Positions 1-6,614 of a DNA stretch of 24,000 nucleotides are shown one piece after another. The position numbers and the translations under genes are program-made. The notes beneath the pieces were generated by a model. It was not told where the DNA came from. It worked only from the letters and a program-made list of their open reading frames with translations, and searched no databases. The stretch's first letter is position 1, and the number at the start of each line of letters is the position of its first letter. The DNA is from an uncultured Dehalococcoidales bacterium (GTDB lineage Bacteria; Chloroflexota; Dehalococcoidia; Dehalococcoidales; Fen-1064), in the NCBI GenBank assembly GCA_964493955.1, contig CAZBPZ010000002.1:1-24000 (forward strand), written 5' to 3'.

Positions 1-80
1 CGGATGACATCCTTCGGTACCGGGTCCGGCTTGTAGGCACGGATGCTCTTCCTCGTCCTGATGGCTTCAACCAGTTCCAC
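1..80 (-). CDS. nitroreductase-family protein, first 26 codons only (gene continues beyond the left edge)
   Basis: Absent from the ORF track because the window edge cuts it. The reverse complement of 1-80 reads GTG-ELVEAIRTRKSIRAYKPDPVPKDVI, a characteristic nitroreductase-fold N-terminus (RxSxRxY/F). GAGGAGGGG (minus strand, 93-85) sits 4 nt upstream of the GTG at 80-78. Confidence 0.55.
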   Translation of the reverse strand, partial: MELVEAIRTRKSIRAYKPDPVPKDVI

Positions 81-110
81 CTTACCCCTCCTCGGGTCCT
101 TGGATAACGT

Positions 111-140
111 ATGCTAACCCTGCAGCGGCGGGGGTGTCAA
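111..140 (-). promoter_or_regulatory. sigma70-like promoter for the divergent nitroreductase gene
   Basis: Minus strand TTGACA (140-135), 18-nt spacer, TAGCAT (116-111). The predicted TSS near 104 leaves a ~24-nt leader that contains the SD. Confidence 0.45.
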
Positions 141-268
141 TCAGGCCGCCGCGCGCAAGTAGCGAGTGCCGGTGGCCCCCGGTCCAGGCGGTGGTTGGGT
201 TTGGGGGGCGCCTGCTTTGCGCCTCGCCGGTCCCTCCCGTTGGGCTCCACGCTGTGGCCTCCAGAACC

Positions 269-297
269 TTGACAGGCCGGCACCACCGTGCTAGCAT
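269..297 (+). promoter_or_regulatory. sigma70-like promoter of the pantothenate-operon leader
   Basis: TTGACA (269-274), 17-nt spacer, TAGCAT (292-297). These AT-rich hexamers stand out in ~65% GC DNA. Predicted TSS near 304. The -10 hexamer lies at the centre of a perfect 9-bp inverted repeat (277-285 / 300-308). Confidence 0.5.
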
Positions 298-303
298 CTT
301 GGT

Positions 304-459
304 GCCGGGTAGAGAGAGGCTACCAACCTGCCTCGGGCGGGTGGTAAGCCCCGGCAAAGCGAGCATAGCGTTAGTCGCTTGGATCGGACACGACCGAGAC
401 GGCAGTGGTTGAAGGTCCAGAGTGCCCTCTCCGGTCGTGCCGGAGAGGGCAAATTTTTT
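304..459 (+). promoter_or_regulatory. candidate cis-regulatory 5' leader RNA (riboswitch/attenuator-like, ~155 nt) of the pan operon
   Basis: Spans the predicted TSS (~304) to the U-tract of the terminator (459). It has no ATG and no SD-led mini-ORF. Several mutually exclusive helices are possible: 304-309 GCCGGG with 350-355 CCCGGC, 357-362 AAGCGA with 375-380 TCGCTT, and 381-385 GGATC with 414-418 GGTCC. Segment 305-320 (CCGGgtAGAGagaGGC) is a gapped copy of the terminator 3' arm (440-450, CCGGAGAGGGC). Confidence 0.45.
424..459 (+). terminator. rho-independent terminator located inside the pan-operon leader
   Basis: GCCCTCTCCGG (424-434), loop tcgtg (435-439), CCGGAGAGGGC (440-450): 11 perfect base pairs followed by AAATTTTTT (451-459). 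It lies 18 nt upstream of the ATG at 477. The upstream neighbour is divergent, so no + strand gene ends here. Confidence 0.8.
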
Positions 460-476
460 CGGGCGAGGTGCCGGAC

Positions 477-1391
477 ATGAGTAGGCCGCAACCAAAGCTC
501 GGTTTCATCGGGGCCGGAACGGTGGGCTCTGCCCTGGCCATCAGGCTGGCGGAGCAGGGCTACCCGGTGGTGGCGGCTGCCAGCCGCAGGCCGGCCTCGG
601 CGGCCCGGCTGGCGGAAAGTGTGCCGGGCTGCCGGGCGGTCGGGAGCGCCCAGGCGGTGGCCGACAGGGCTGACCTGGTCTTCATTACCACCCCGGACGA
701 TGCCATTGCACCCGTTGCCAGCAGCGTGAGCTGGCACGAAGGCCAGGGCGTTGTCCACTGCAGCGGGGCTGACTCGGTTGATATTCTGGAGCCGGCCCGC
801 CGCCTCGGGGCACGGGTCGGGGGGTTCCACCCCCTGCAGACCTTTGCCAGCGTGGAGCAGGCCATCGCCAACATCCCCGGCTCCACCTTTGCCGTGGAGG
901 CGGAAGGGCCGCTGGCGGCCACGCTGGTCGGGATGGCGGAGGCCCTGGCAGGGCATGCCATCCGGCTGGAGGCCGGGGCCAAGGTCCTCTACCACGCCGC
1001 GGCGGTGGTGGCCTGTAATTACCTCGTCACGCTGGTGAAGCTGGCGACCGACCTCTGGCAGGTGTTCGGGGTGGAGCGTGATGAGGCTACGGCGGCCCTG
1101 CTGCCGCTGCTGCGTGGCACGCTGGCGAACATCGAGCGGGTGGGCATCCCTGGCTGCCTGACCGGCCCGATTGCCCGCGGTGATACCGGTACCATTCGCA
1201 AGCACCTCGAGGCGCTGCGGCACCGGGCGCCCGGCTTGTTCGCCGTCTACTGCGAGCTGGGAAGGCAGACTGTACCTGTTGCCGTTGCAAAGGGTAGAAT
1301 AGGGGAGCGCCAGGCGCGGGAGCTTCTGGCCCTGCTGGCGCCGGAGGCCGGTGGCGGCCTCCAGGAAATGCACGAGGAGGCAGATAAATGA
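477..1391 (+). CDS. Rossmann-fold oxidoreductase of the DUF2520 type; putative PanG-like ketopantoate reductase
   Basis: ORF 405..1391 trimmed to ATG 477 (GAGGTG at 465-470, 6-nt spacer). N-terminal GxGxxG (FIGAGTVGSALA). The C-terminal half carries motifs I associate with DUF2520 (HPLQTF, LYHAAAVVACNYLVTL, LTGPIARGD). It is the first gene of an operon with panD and panB, and its stop overlaps the next start (ATGA at 1388-1391). Confidence 0.8.
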   Translation: MSRPQPKLGFIGAGTVGSALAIRLAEQGYPVVAAASRRPASAARLAESVPGCRAVGSAQAVADRADLVFITTPDDAIAPVASSVSWHEGQGVVHCSGADSVDILEPARRLGARVGGFHPLQTFASVEQAIANIPGSTFAVEAEGPLAATLVGMAEALAGHAIRLEAGAKVLYHAAAVVACNYLVTLVKLATDLWQVFGVERDEATAALLPLLRGTLANIERVGIPGCLTGPIARGDTGTIRKHLEALRHRAPGLFAVYCELGRQTVPVAVAKGRIGERQARELLALLAPEAGGGLQEMHEEADK

Positions 1392-1828
1392 GACACCGTG
1401 CCATACTGGGCCTGGCTGCCCTGGCGATGACCGGGCTGCTCTTCGGCGGCTGCGCCGCCAGGCCCCCGGTGGATGACAACGTAAAACTGCAGGAGCTCGT
1501 TGCCGTCGGCCAGACCATTGACCAGGTCAAGGCGTTGATGACGCCCCATCTCCTGGCCCAGGCGGTCGTTTACCCGGCCAGCAACATCGTCAAGCAAGAG
1601 TCCGGTAACTGGGAGTTTACCGCCAAGTCGGGCGGTAAAGAGGGGGATACTGATGCCCCCTTCGTGGTTATCATTGTGGGTCCAAACCAGCCGGGCAAGG
1701 AGTACCTGGCGGTGCTGTTCGAGGACGGGGTCGTCTTCGGCACCGAGTGGTTTTCCTATTCCTATGCCCAGGTGCTGCACCTGCTGCTGACCGGCCAGAT
1801 GGAGGATGCCGTATCGCAGTCCCAGTGA
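1388..1828 (+). CDS. small predicted lipoprotein, function unknown
   Basis: 146-aa ORF. The N-terminus [22 protein letters not shown] has a positive n-region, a hydrophobic core and a lipobox-like FGGC. GC3-rich codon usage resembles the neighbours. It is translationally coupled to the upstream gene through the ATGA overlap. Confidence 0.65.
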   Translation: MRHRAILGLAALAMTGLLFGGCAARPPVDDNVKLQELVAVGQTIDQVKALMTPHLLAQAVVYPASNIVKQESGNWEFTAKSGGKEGDTDAPFVVIIVGPNQPGKEYLAVLFEDGVVFGTEWFSYSYAQVLHLLLTGQMEDAVSQSQ

Positions 1829-1862
1829 TGCCAGGCACGACATCGTGGGGGTGAGGAAGTCC

Positions 1863-2234
1863 GTGCGCACCATGCTCAAGAGCAAGATACACCGCGCCAC
1901 CGTCACCGCGGCCAATCTCCACTATGAGGGGAGCATCACGATTGACCGTGAACTGATGCGGGCCGCCGATATCCTGCCCTTCGAGCAGGTGCAGGTGCTC
2001 GATATCAACAACGGCTCTCGCCTGACCACCTACGCCATCGAGGGCGGCCCGGGCGAGGTCTGCATCAACGGGGCAGCCGCCCGGCTGGTCTCGCCGGGAG
2101 ACCTTGTCATCATCCTTAGCTACTGCCACCTGCCCGAGGAGAAGCTCGCTTCGTACCGGCCCCGGCTGGTACTTGTCGATGAGAGGAACCGGGTAAAGCC
2201 CGGCTCACCCGCGGTAGAGACTGCTCCTGTCTAG
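1863..2234 (+). CDS. panD: aspartate 1-decarboxylase (pyruvoyl-dependent)
   Basis: (V/M)[27 protein letters not shown] matches the PanD N-terminus, including the Gly-Ser self-cleavage site (YEGS). I prefer GTG 1863 (GTGAGG at 1851-1856), giving MRTMLKSK. ATG 1872 is the alternative start. ORF-track entry: 1806..2234. Confidence 0.93.
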   Translation: MRTMLKSKIHRATVTAANLHYEGSITIDRELMRAADILPFEQVQVLDINNGSRLTTYAIEGGPGEVCINGAAARLVSPGDLVIILSYCHLPEEKLASYRPRLVLVDERNRVKPGSPAVETAPV

Positions 2235-2240
2235 GAGGTC

Positions 2241-3077
2241 ATGATGCGCACCACTGTCATCCAGGTCCGGGAGATGAAGGAGAAGGGCGAGAAGATTACC
2301 ATGCTCACTGCCTATGACTACGCCACCGCCCGGATTATTGACCGGGTGGGTATCCCCCTGATACTGGTGGGCGATAGTCTGGGGATGGTGGTCCTCGGCT
2401 ACGAGTCCACCGTGCCGGTGACGCTCGAGGACATGCTGCACCACGCCCGGGCGGTGGTGCGTGGCACCGAGCAGGCCCTGGTGGTGGGTGACATGCCCTT
2501 CATGACCTACCACCTCAGCACCGAGCAGGCCCTGAAGAATGCGGCGCGTTTCATCCAGGAGGCCGGGACACAGGCCGTTAAACTGGAGGGCGGCGTGACC
2601 GTGGCCGACAAGGTGAAGCGCCTGGTGGAGTGCGGTATCCCGGTGATGGGGCACATTGGCCTGACACCCCAATCGGTGCATCAGCTCGGGGGGCACCGTG
2701 TCCAGGGGCGGAGCCCGGAGGCGGCCGTAAGGTTGCTGGAGGATGCCCTTGCCCTGGAAGCGGCCGGGGCGTTTGCCATTGTGCTGGAGAGCGTGCCGGC
2801 ACCGCTGGCAGCCCTTATCACCCGGAAGGTGAAGGTACCTACCATCGGCATCGGGGCCGGGCCGGACTGCGACGGCCAGGTACAGGTCATCAATGACCTG
2901 CTGGGGCTTTTCACTGACTTCGTGCCGCGCCACGCCAAGCAGTATGCCCGGCTGGCCGATGCCATGACATCGGCCATCACCCAGTACTACGAGGAAGTAA
3001 AAAGCGGCCGGTTCCCCACCAGGGAGCATAGCTTCTCCATGGACGAGAGCGTCCTGGCGGAGCTTGAGGCCCGCTAG
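2241..3077 (+). CDS. panB: 3-methyl-2-oxobutanoate hydroxymethyltransferase (ketopantoate hydroxymethyltransferase)
   Basis: 278-aa ORF with KITMLTAYDY, LVGDSLGMVVLGY, VVGDMPF, VKLEGG, GHIGLTPQS and IGIGAG, all typical of PanB. An AGGAGG overlaps the panD stop. The start is ATG 2241 or 2244. Confidence 0.95.
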   Translation: MMRTTVIQVREMKEKGEKITMLTAYDYATARIIDRVGIPLILVGDSLGMVVLGYESTVPVTLEDMLHHARAVVRGTEQALVVGDMPFMTYHLSTEQALKNAARFIQEAGTQAVKLEGGVTVADKVKRLVECGIPVMGHIGLTPQSVHQLGGHRVQGRSPEAAVRLLEDALALEAAGAFAIVLESVPAPLAALITRKVKVPTIGIGAGPDCDGQVQVINDLLGLFTDFVPRHAKQYARLADAMTSAITQYYEEVKSGRFPTREHSFSMDESVLAELEAR

Positions 3078-3540
3078 GAGCCGTGGCGGCTGGTAGGGTC
3101 AACAAGCATGTGGCCGATTCCAGGCTGGGTGATGATGTAACGGGGGTTGTGGGGGTCTTTCCAGCTTGCGCCGCAGGTGCAGGATGCAGGCCCGCCGGTA
3201 TTCGAATTCGTCCTGGTACTCGGCGCCCCGCACCCGCGTGAGCAGGTCACGGTGCAGCATGACGCGGCCCATGTTGCGCATCAGCTGGGCCAGCAGTTCG
3301 GGTATGCTGGAGGGCTTGGTGAAATAGTCGTCCGCCCCCAGCTTCAGGCCTTTCACCTTGTCGGCGTCCTTGCCCCGGGTGGTCAGCCTGATGATGGGGG
3401 GTGGTGGTGAACTGGCGGGTACGCTGGCAGAGTTCGTAGCCGTTTGGTTCGGGCAGCTCAACGCGTATCTCGTCCGGTGTCCGGGCCAGAGTACCCACCT
3501 CGTCGCGCCCCTGTGCCTTCACCCCTTGTAGGTGCCCCGG
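3074..3540 (-). pseudogene. decayed KdpE/OmpR-family response regulator (multiple frameshifts plus an internal deletion)
   Basis: Minus-strand pieces in three frames line up with KdpE-like regulators. ORF 3247..3597 contains PDEIRVELPEPNGYELCQRTRQF (receiver beta3/alpha3, with the phospho-acceptor position reading E). ORF 3099..3461 contains PIIRLTTRGKDADKVKGLKLGADDYFTKPSSIPELLAQL joined directly to MRNMGRVMLHRDLLTRVRGAEYQDEFEYRRACILHLRRKLE, so the linker and the first half of the winged helix are missing. A third frame gives PRYIITQPGIGHMLVD, ending at a TAG (3076-3074) that overlaps the panB stop. No intact N-terminal DD/E acidic pocket is recognisable. Confidence 0.6.
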
Positions 3541-3596
3541 GGTAGAGCGGGCAGGGCGTGGCCCGTGTGCTGGTGTAGTGGTGCCACGCCCCGGCA

Positions 3597-3625
3597 TACC
3601 AATGCCGGCGCGGCAGTGTTATAAT
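3597..3625 (+). promoter_or_regulatory. extended -10 promoter for the AmmeMemoRadiSam genes
   Basis: TGtTATAAT at 3617-3625 is an exact extended -10 consensus. The -35 is weak (TACCAA, 3597-3602, 17-nt spacer). Predicted TSS ~3632. GGGGAG (3646-3651) lies 6 nt before ATG 3658. Confidence 0.5.
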
Positions 3626-3657
3626 TTGACCGGAGAGCCCCCGCCGGGGAGCCAGCG

Positions 3658-4701
3658 ATGCGTGAAGCGCTGCTCTATGAGAAACGCCCCCGTGCCTTTG
3701 TCCGCTGCGGTACCTGCCAGTGGCGTTGCAGCATCGCCCCCGGCCGTACCGGGTTCTGCGGCATGTACCGCAACCTGGACGGGAAGCTCTTCAGCCTCGG
3801 CTATGCCCGGGTCTCCTCCATGGCGGCCGACCCGGTAGAAAAGAAGCCCCTCTTTCATTTCTACCCCGGCACCCTCTGTTTCTCGCTGGGGGGGTGGGGT
3901 TGCAATTTCCGGTGTCCCGGCTGCCAGAACTGGCAGATTTCGGCGGCGCGTGACGAGGAGTCCTGGCGTGGTAGCCGGCAGGTCGAGCCGGCGGCGGCGG
4001 TGGCGCTGGCGCAGCAGTATGGCTGCCGGGGGATATCCTGGACCTACAATGAGCCGTCCGTCTGGTTTGAATACACCCTGGAAGGCGCCCGTATTGCCCG
4101 CGAGCAAGGCCTCTATACTGTCTATGTCACCAACGGCTACCTCAGCCCGGAGGCGCTTGATACCATCGGGCCTTACCTGGATGCCTGGCGGGTGGATGTG
4201 AAGGGGTTTTCGGACGAGGTGTACCGGAGGCTTTGCGGGGTGGTACACTGGCGGGGCATACTGGAGGTGGCGGTACGTGCCCGCCGGCGCTGGGGCATGC
4301 ATGTTGAGGTGGTCACCAACATTACGCCGACGGTGAACGATGACGATGAGCAAATCCGGGCGATTGCGTCCTGGATACGTGACAGCCTGGGCGAGCTGAC
4401 ACCGTGGCACGTCACGCGTTTCTACCCCCAGTACCGGATGCAGGACCTGCCGGTCACCCCGGTGGAAACGCTGGAGCGGGCCTGGAAAATCGGGCGGGAG
4501 GCGGGGCTGAAGTTTGTCTACCTGGGTAATGTGCCGGGACACCATTCGGAGAGCACGCTCTGCTACTCGTGCGGGCGGCTGGTGGTGGCCCGGAGCGGCT
4601 ACCAGGCGGACGTGGTTGGCCTGGACGGCTCGCGCTGCGCTCACTGCGGGGCCGAGCTGAACTTCAGGCCGGCCACGGAAGGAGGCGGAGATGACGCTTA
4701 G
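3658..4701 (+). CDS. amrS: AmmeMemoRadiSam system radical SAM enzyme
   Basis: 347 aa. Radical SAM motif CNFRCPGC (CxxxCxxC). The family-typical N-terminus has CGTCQWRC...FCG and DPVEKKPLFHFYPG. There is a C-terminal CYSC...CAHC cysteine pair. It sits immediately upstream of, and overlaps by 11 nt, the Memo/AMMECR1 gene. Confidence 0.9.
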   Translation: MREALLYEKRPRAFVRCGTCQWRCSIAPGRTGFCGMYRNLDGKLFSLGYARVSSMAADPVEKKPLFHFYPGTLCFSLGGWGCNFRCPGCQNWQISAARDEESWRGSRQVEPAAAVALAQQYGCRGISWTYNEPSVWFEYTLEGARIAREQGLYTVYVTNGYLSPEALDTIGPYLDAWRVDVKGFSDEVYRRLCGVVHWRGILEVAVRARRRWGMHVEVVTNITPTVNDDDEQIRAIASWIRDSLGELTPWHVTRFYPQYRMQDLPVTPVETLERAWKIGREAGLKFVYLGNVPGHHSESTLCYSCGRLVVARSGYQADVVGLDGSRCAHCGAELNFRPATEGGGDDA

Positions 4702-6007
4702 AGAGCCGGCGGTGGCTGGTGCCTTCTACCCGGGGACAGCGGCCGCCCTGAGGGAGATGATATCCGGGCTGGTGGACGAGGCAGCCCCCCGGGTGGCGGC
4801 CATCGGGGCGCTGGTACCTCACGCCGGCTACGTCTATTCCGGGCGTGTGGCCGGGGCTACCATCTCGCGCCTCCGCTTCGGGGACAGCTTCGTCGTGATG
4901 GGGCCGAGTCACACCGGGCTGGGGGCACCCTTCAGCCTGATGGCGGCCGGCACCTGGCGCACGCCGCTGGGTGACGTGGAGATTGATACCGAGCTGGCGG
5001 CGGCCATACTGGAGCGCTCGGACGTGCTCCGGGACGATGACCTGGCCCACCTGCGCGAGCACGCCGTGGAGGTGCAGCTACCCTTCCTCCAGTACTTCAG
5101 GCCGGATGTCCGCATTGTACCGCTCGTGCTCTCGCACGCCGAGGTGCCAACCTACCGCCGGATTGCCAGCGCCCTGGTAGGTGCGATTGAGGCAACCGGG
5201 CGCAGCGTTACCCTGCTTGCCTCCGGTGATATGACCCACTACGAGCCGAGGGAAACAGCCGAGCGCAAGGACAGGCAGGGGATAGAGGCCATCCTGGCCC
5301 TGGATGACGAGGAGCTGCTGCGCCGGGTGCGTACCCTGGGTATATCAATGTGTGCCTACGGGCCGGCGGCGGTGCTGATTGCGGCGGCCCGGCAGGCAGG
5401 GGCTACCCGGGCGGAGCTGGTAGGCTATGCCACCAGTGGCGACGTTACCGGTGACTACTCGGCGGTGGTGGGCTATGCCGGTATCATCGTCAGGAAGCCG
5501 CCACAGACGGAGATTGCCCGCCTTGCCCGTGACGCGGTCGAGGCCTTTGTGCTGAGGGGTGAGCGCCTGCAGCCGGTGGTAACCTCGCCCGAGATGCAGG
5601 CCAGGGCCGGGGTGTTCGTCTCGCTGCACAAGAACGGTAGCCTGCGGGGGTGCATCGGCACGTTCGAGCCGCAGGAGGCCAGCGTGGCGGAAGAAATCGT
5701 GGCCAATGCTATCAGCTCGGCGACGCACGACCCCCGGTTCCTGCCCGTCCGGCCGGACGAGCTGGGTGCCCTGGAGTACAGCGTTGACGTGCTGACCCCC
5801 CCGGAGCCGGTGGACGGGCCAGAGGCACTGGACCCGAAGCGGTACGGGGTCATCGTGGAATCAGGCTGGCGGCGGGGCCTGCTGCTGCCGGACCTTGAAG
5901 GTGTCAACACCGTGAAGGAGCAGCTTGAGATCTGCCGCCAGAAGGCCGGAATAGGCCCGGACGAGCCGGTCAGGCTTTATCGCTTCGAGGTCAAGAGGTA
6001 CCGCTAG
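4691..6007 (+). CDS. amrB/amrA: fused AmmeMemoRadiSam system protein B (Memo-like) and protein A (AMMECR1-like)
   Basis: A single 438-aa ORF. Residues ~1-265 are Memo-like (PAVAGAFYPG, VPHAGYVYSG, GPSHTG, SGDMTHYE). Residues ~270-438 are AMMECR1-like (GVFVSLHKNGSLRGCIGTFEP, ATHDPRF, RGLLLPD). GGAGG at 4681-4685 lies 5 nt before ATG 4691. Confidence 0.9.
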   Translation: MTLREPAVAGAFYPGTAAALREMISGLVDEAAPRVAAIGALVPHAGYVYSGRVAGATISRLRFGDSFVVMGPSHTGLGAPFSLMAAGTWRTPLGDVEIDTELAAAILERSDVLRDDDLAHLREHAVEVQLPFLQYFRPDVRIVPLVLSHAEVPTYRRIASALVGAIEATGRSVTLLASGDMTHYEPRETAERKDRQGIEAILALDDEELLRRVRTLGISMCAYGPAAVLIAAARQAGATRAELVGYATSGDVTGDYSAVVGYAGIIVRKPPQTEIARLARDAVEAFVLRGERLQPVVTSPEMQARAGVFVSLHKNGSLRGCIGTFEPQEASVAEEIVANAISSATHDPRFLPVRPDELGALEYSVDVLTPPEPVDGPEALDPKRYGVIVESGWRRGLLLPDLEGVNTVKEQLEICRQKAGIGPDEPVRLYRFEVKRYR

Positions 6008-6032
6008 GGCCGGGCGGTCGGAGGAGGAGAAG

Positions 6033-6602
6033 ATGCTGAGAGACCTGGTGCTGAAGAACCGGAGCTACCGCCGGTTCTATGAGGCAGAACCCGTGGCGGA
6101 GGAGACGCTGCGCCAGCTGGTGGACCTGGCGCGCTACGTGGCCTCCGGGGCCAACCGCCAGCCGCTCAAGTACCGCCTGGTCTGGACGCCCGGGGAGCGA
6201 GCCCGGGTCTTTGCTACGCTGTCATGGGCGGGGGCTCTGCCCGACTGGCCGGGGCCGGCCGAGGGCGAGCGGCCCTCGGCCTACATAATAGTCCTGGGCG
6301 ATACCACTATCAGTAAGTCCTTCGGGGTGGACCACGGGATTGCCGCCCAGACAATCCTGCTGGGGGCCACCGAGCTTGGCCTGGGGGGCTGCATGATTGC
6401 CTCGGTGGAGAGGGACGACCTGCGGCGACAGCTTGAAATCCCGCCCCACCTGGAAGTCCTGCTCGTCCTGGCCCTGGGCTGGCCGAAGGAGAAGGTGGTG
6501 CTGGAAGAGCTGCCCCCCGGTGGTGACCACCGCTACTGGCGGGATGCTGACGGTGTGCACCACGTGCCGAAACGACGGCTGGAGGATATAATTGTCAGCT
6601 AG
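6033..6602 (+). CDS. nitroreductase-family flavoprotein
   Basis: 189 aa. N-terminal NRSYRRF, then ASGANRQP, and the length and layout of the ~190-aa nitroreductase subgroup. GGAGGAGGAG lies upstream of ATG 6033. Confidence 0.85.
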   Translation: MLRDLVLKNRSYRRFYEAEPVAEETLRQLVDLARYVASGANRQPLKYRLVWTPGERARVFATLSWAGALPDWPGPAEGERPSAYIIVLGDTTISKSFGVDHGIAAQTILLGATELGLGGCMIASVERDDLRRQLEIPPHLEVLLVLALGWPKEKVVLEELPPGGDHRYWRDADGVHHVPKRRLEDIIVS

Positions 6603-6614
6603 CGGGGCGGGGCG

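Noticed and set aside
100-460. Tested whether the unusually long intergenic region hides a housekeeping RNA (tmRNA, RNase P RNA, SRP/4.5S RNA or 6S RNA)
   Set aside because: I found no GGAAAGUCC / ACAGAAxCCGGCUUA RNase P blocks. There is no tRNA-like GGUUCGAxUCC T-arm and no tag reading frame for tmRNA. There is no SRP domain IV GGAA/AGCA loop pair. A partial GUGCCGGG resemblance to 4.5S RNA is too short to count. A covariance-model scan should still be run.
291-1373. A 360-aa minus-strand ORF opposite the DUF2520 reductase gene and the leader region
   Set aside because: This is a GC-driven shadow ORF. The product is Arg/Pro/Gly-rich with no motifs, it overlaps a well-supported + strand gene, and it would run through the promoter and terminator region.
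3619-4644. A 341-aa minus-strand ORF opposite the radical SAM gene
   Set aside because: It is a shadow of a gene with clear radical SAM motifs. It has no SD and no family similarity.
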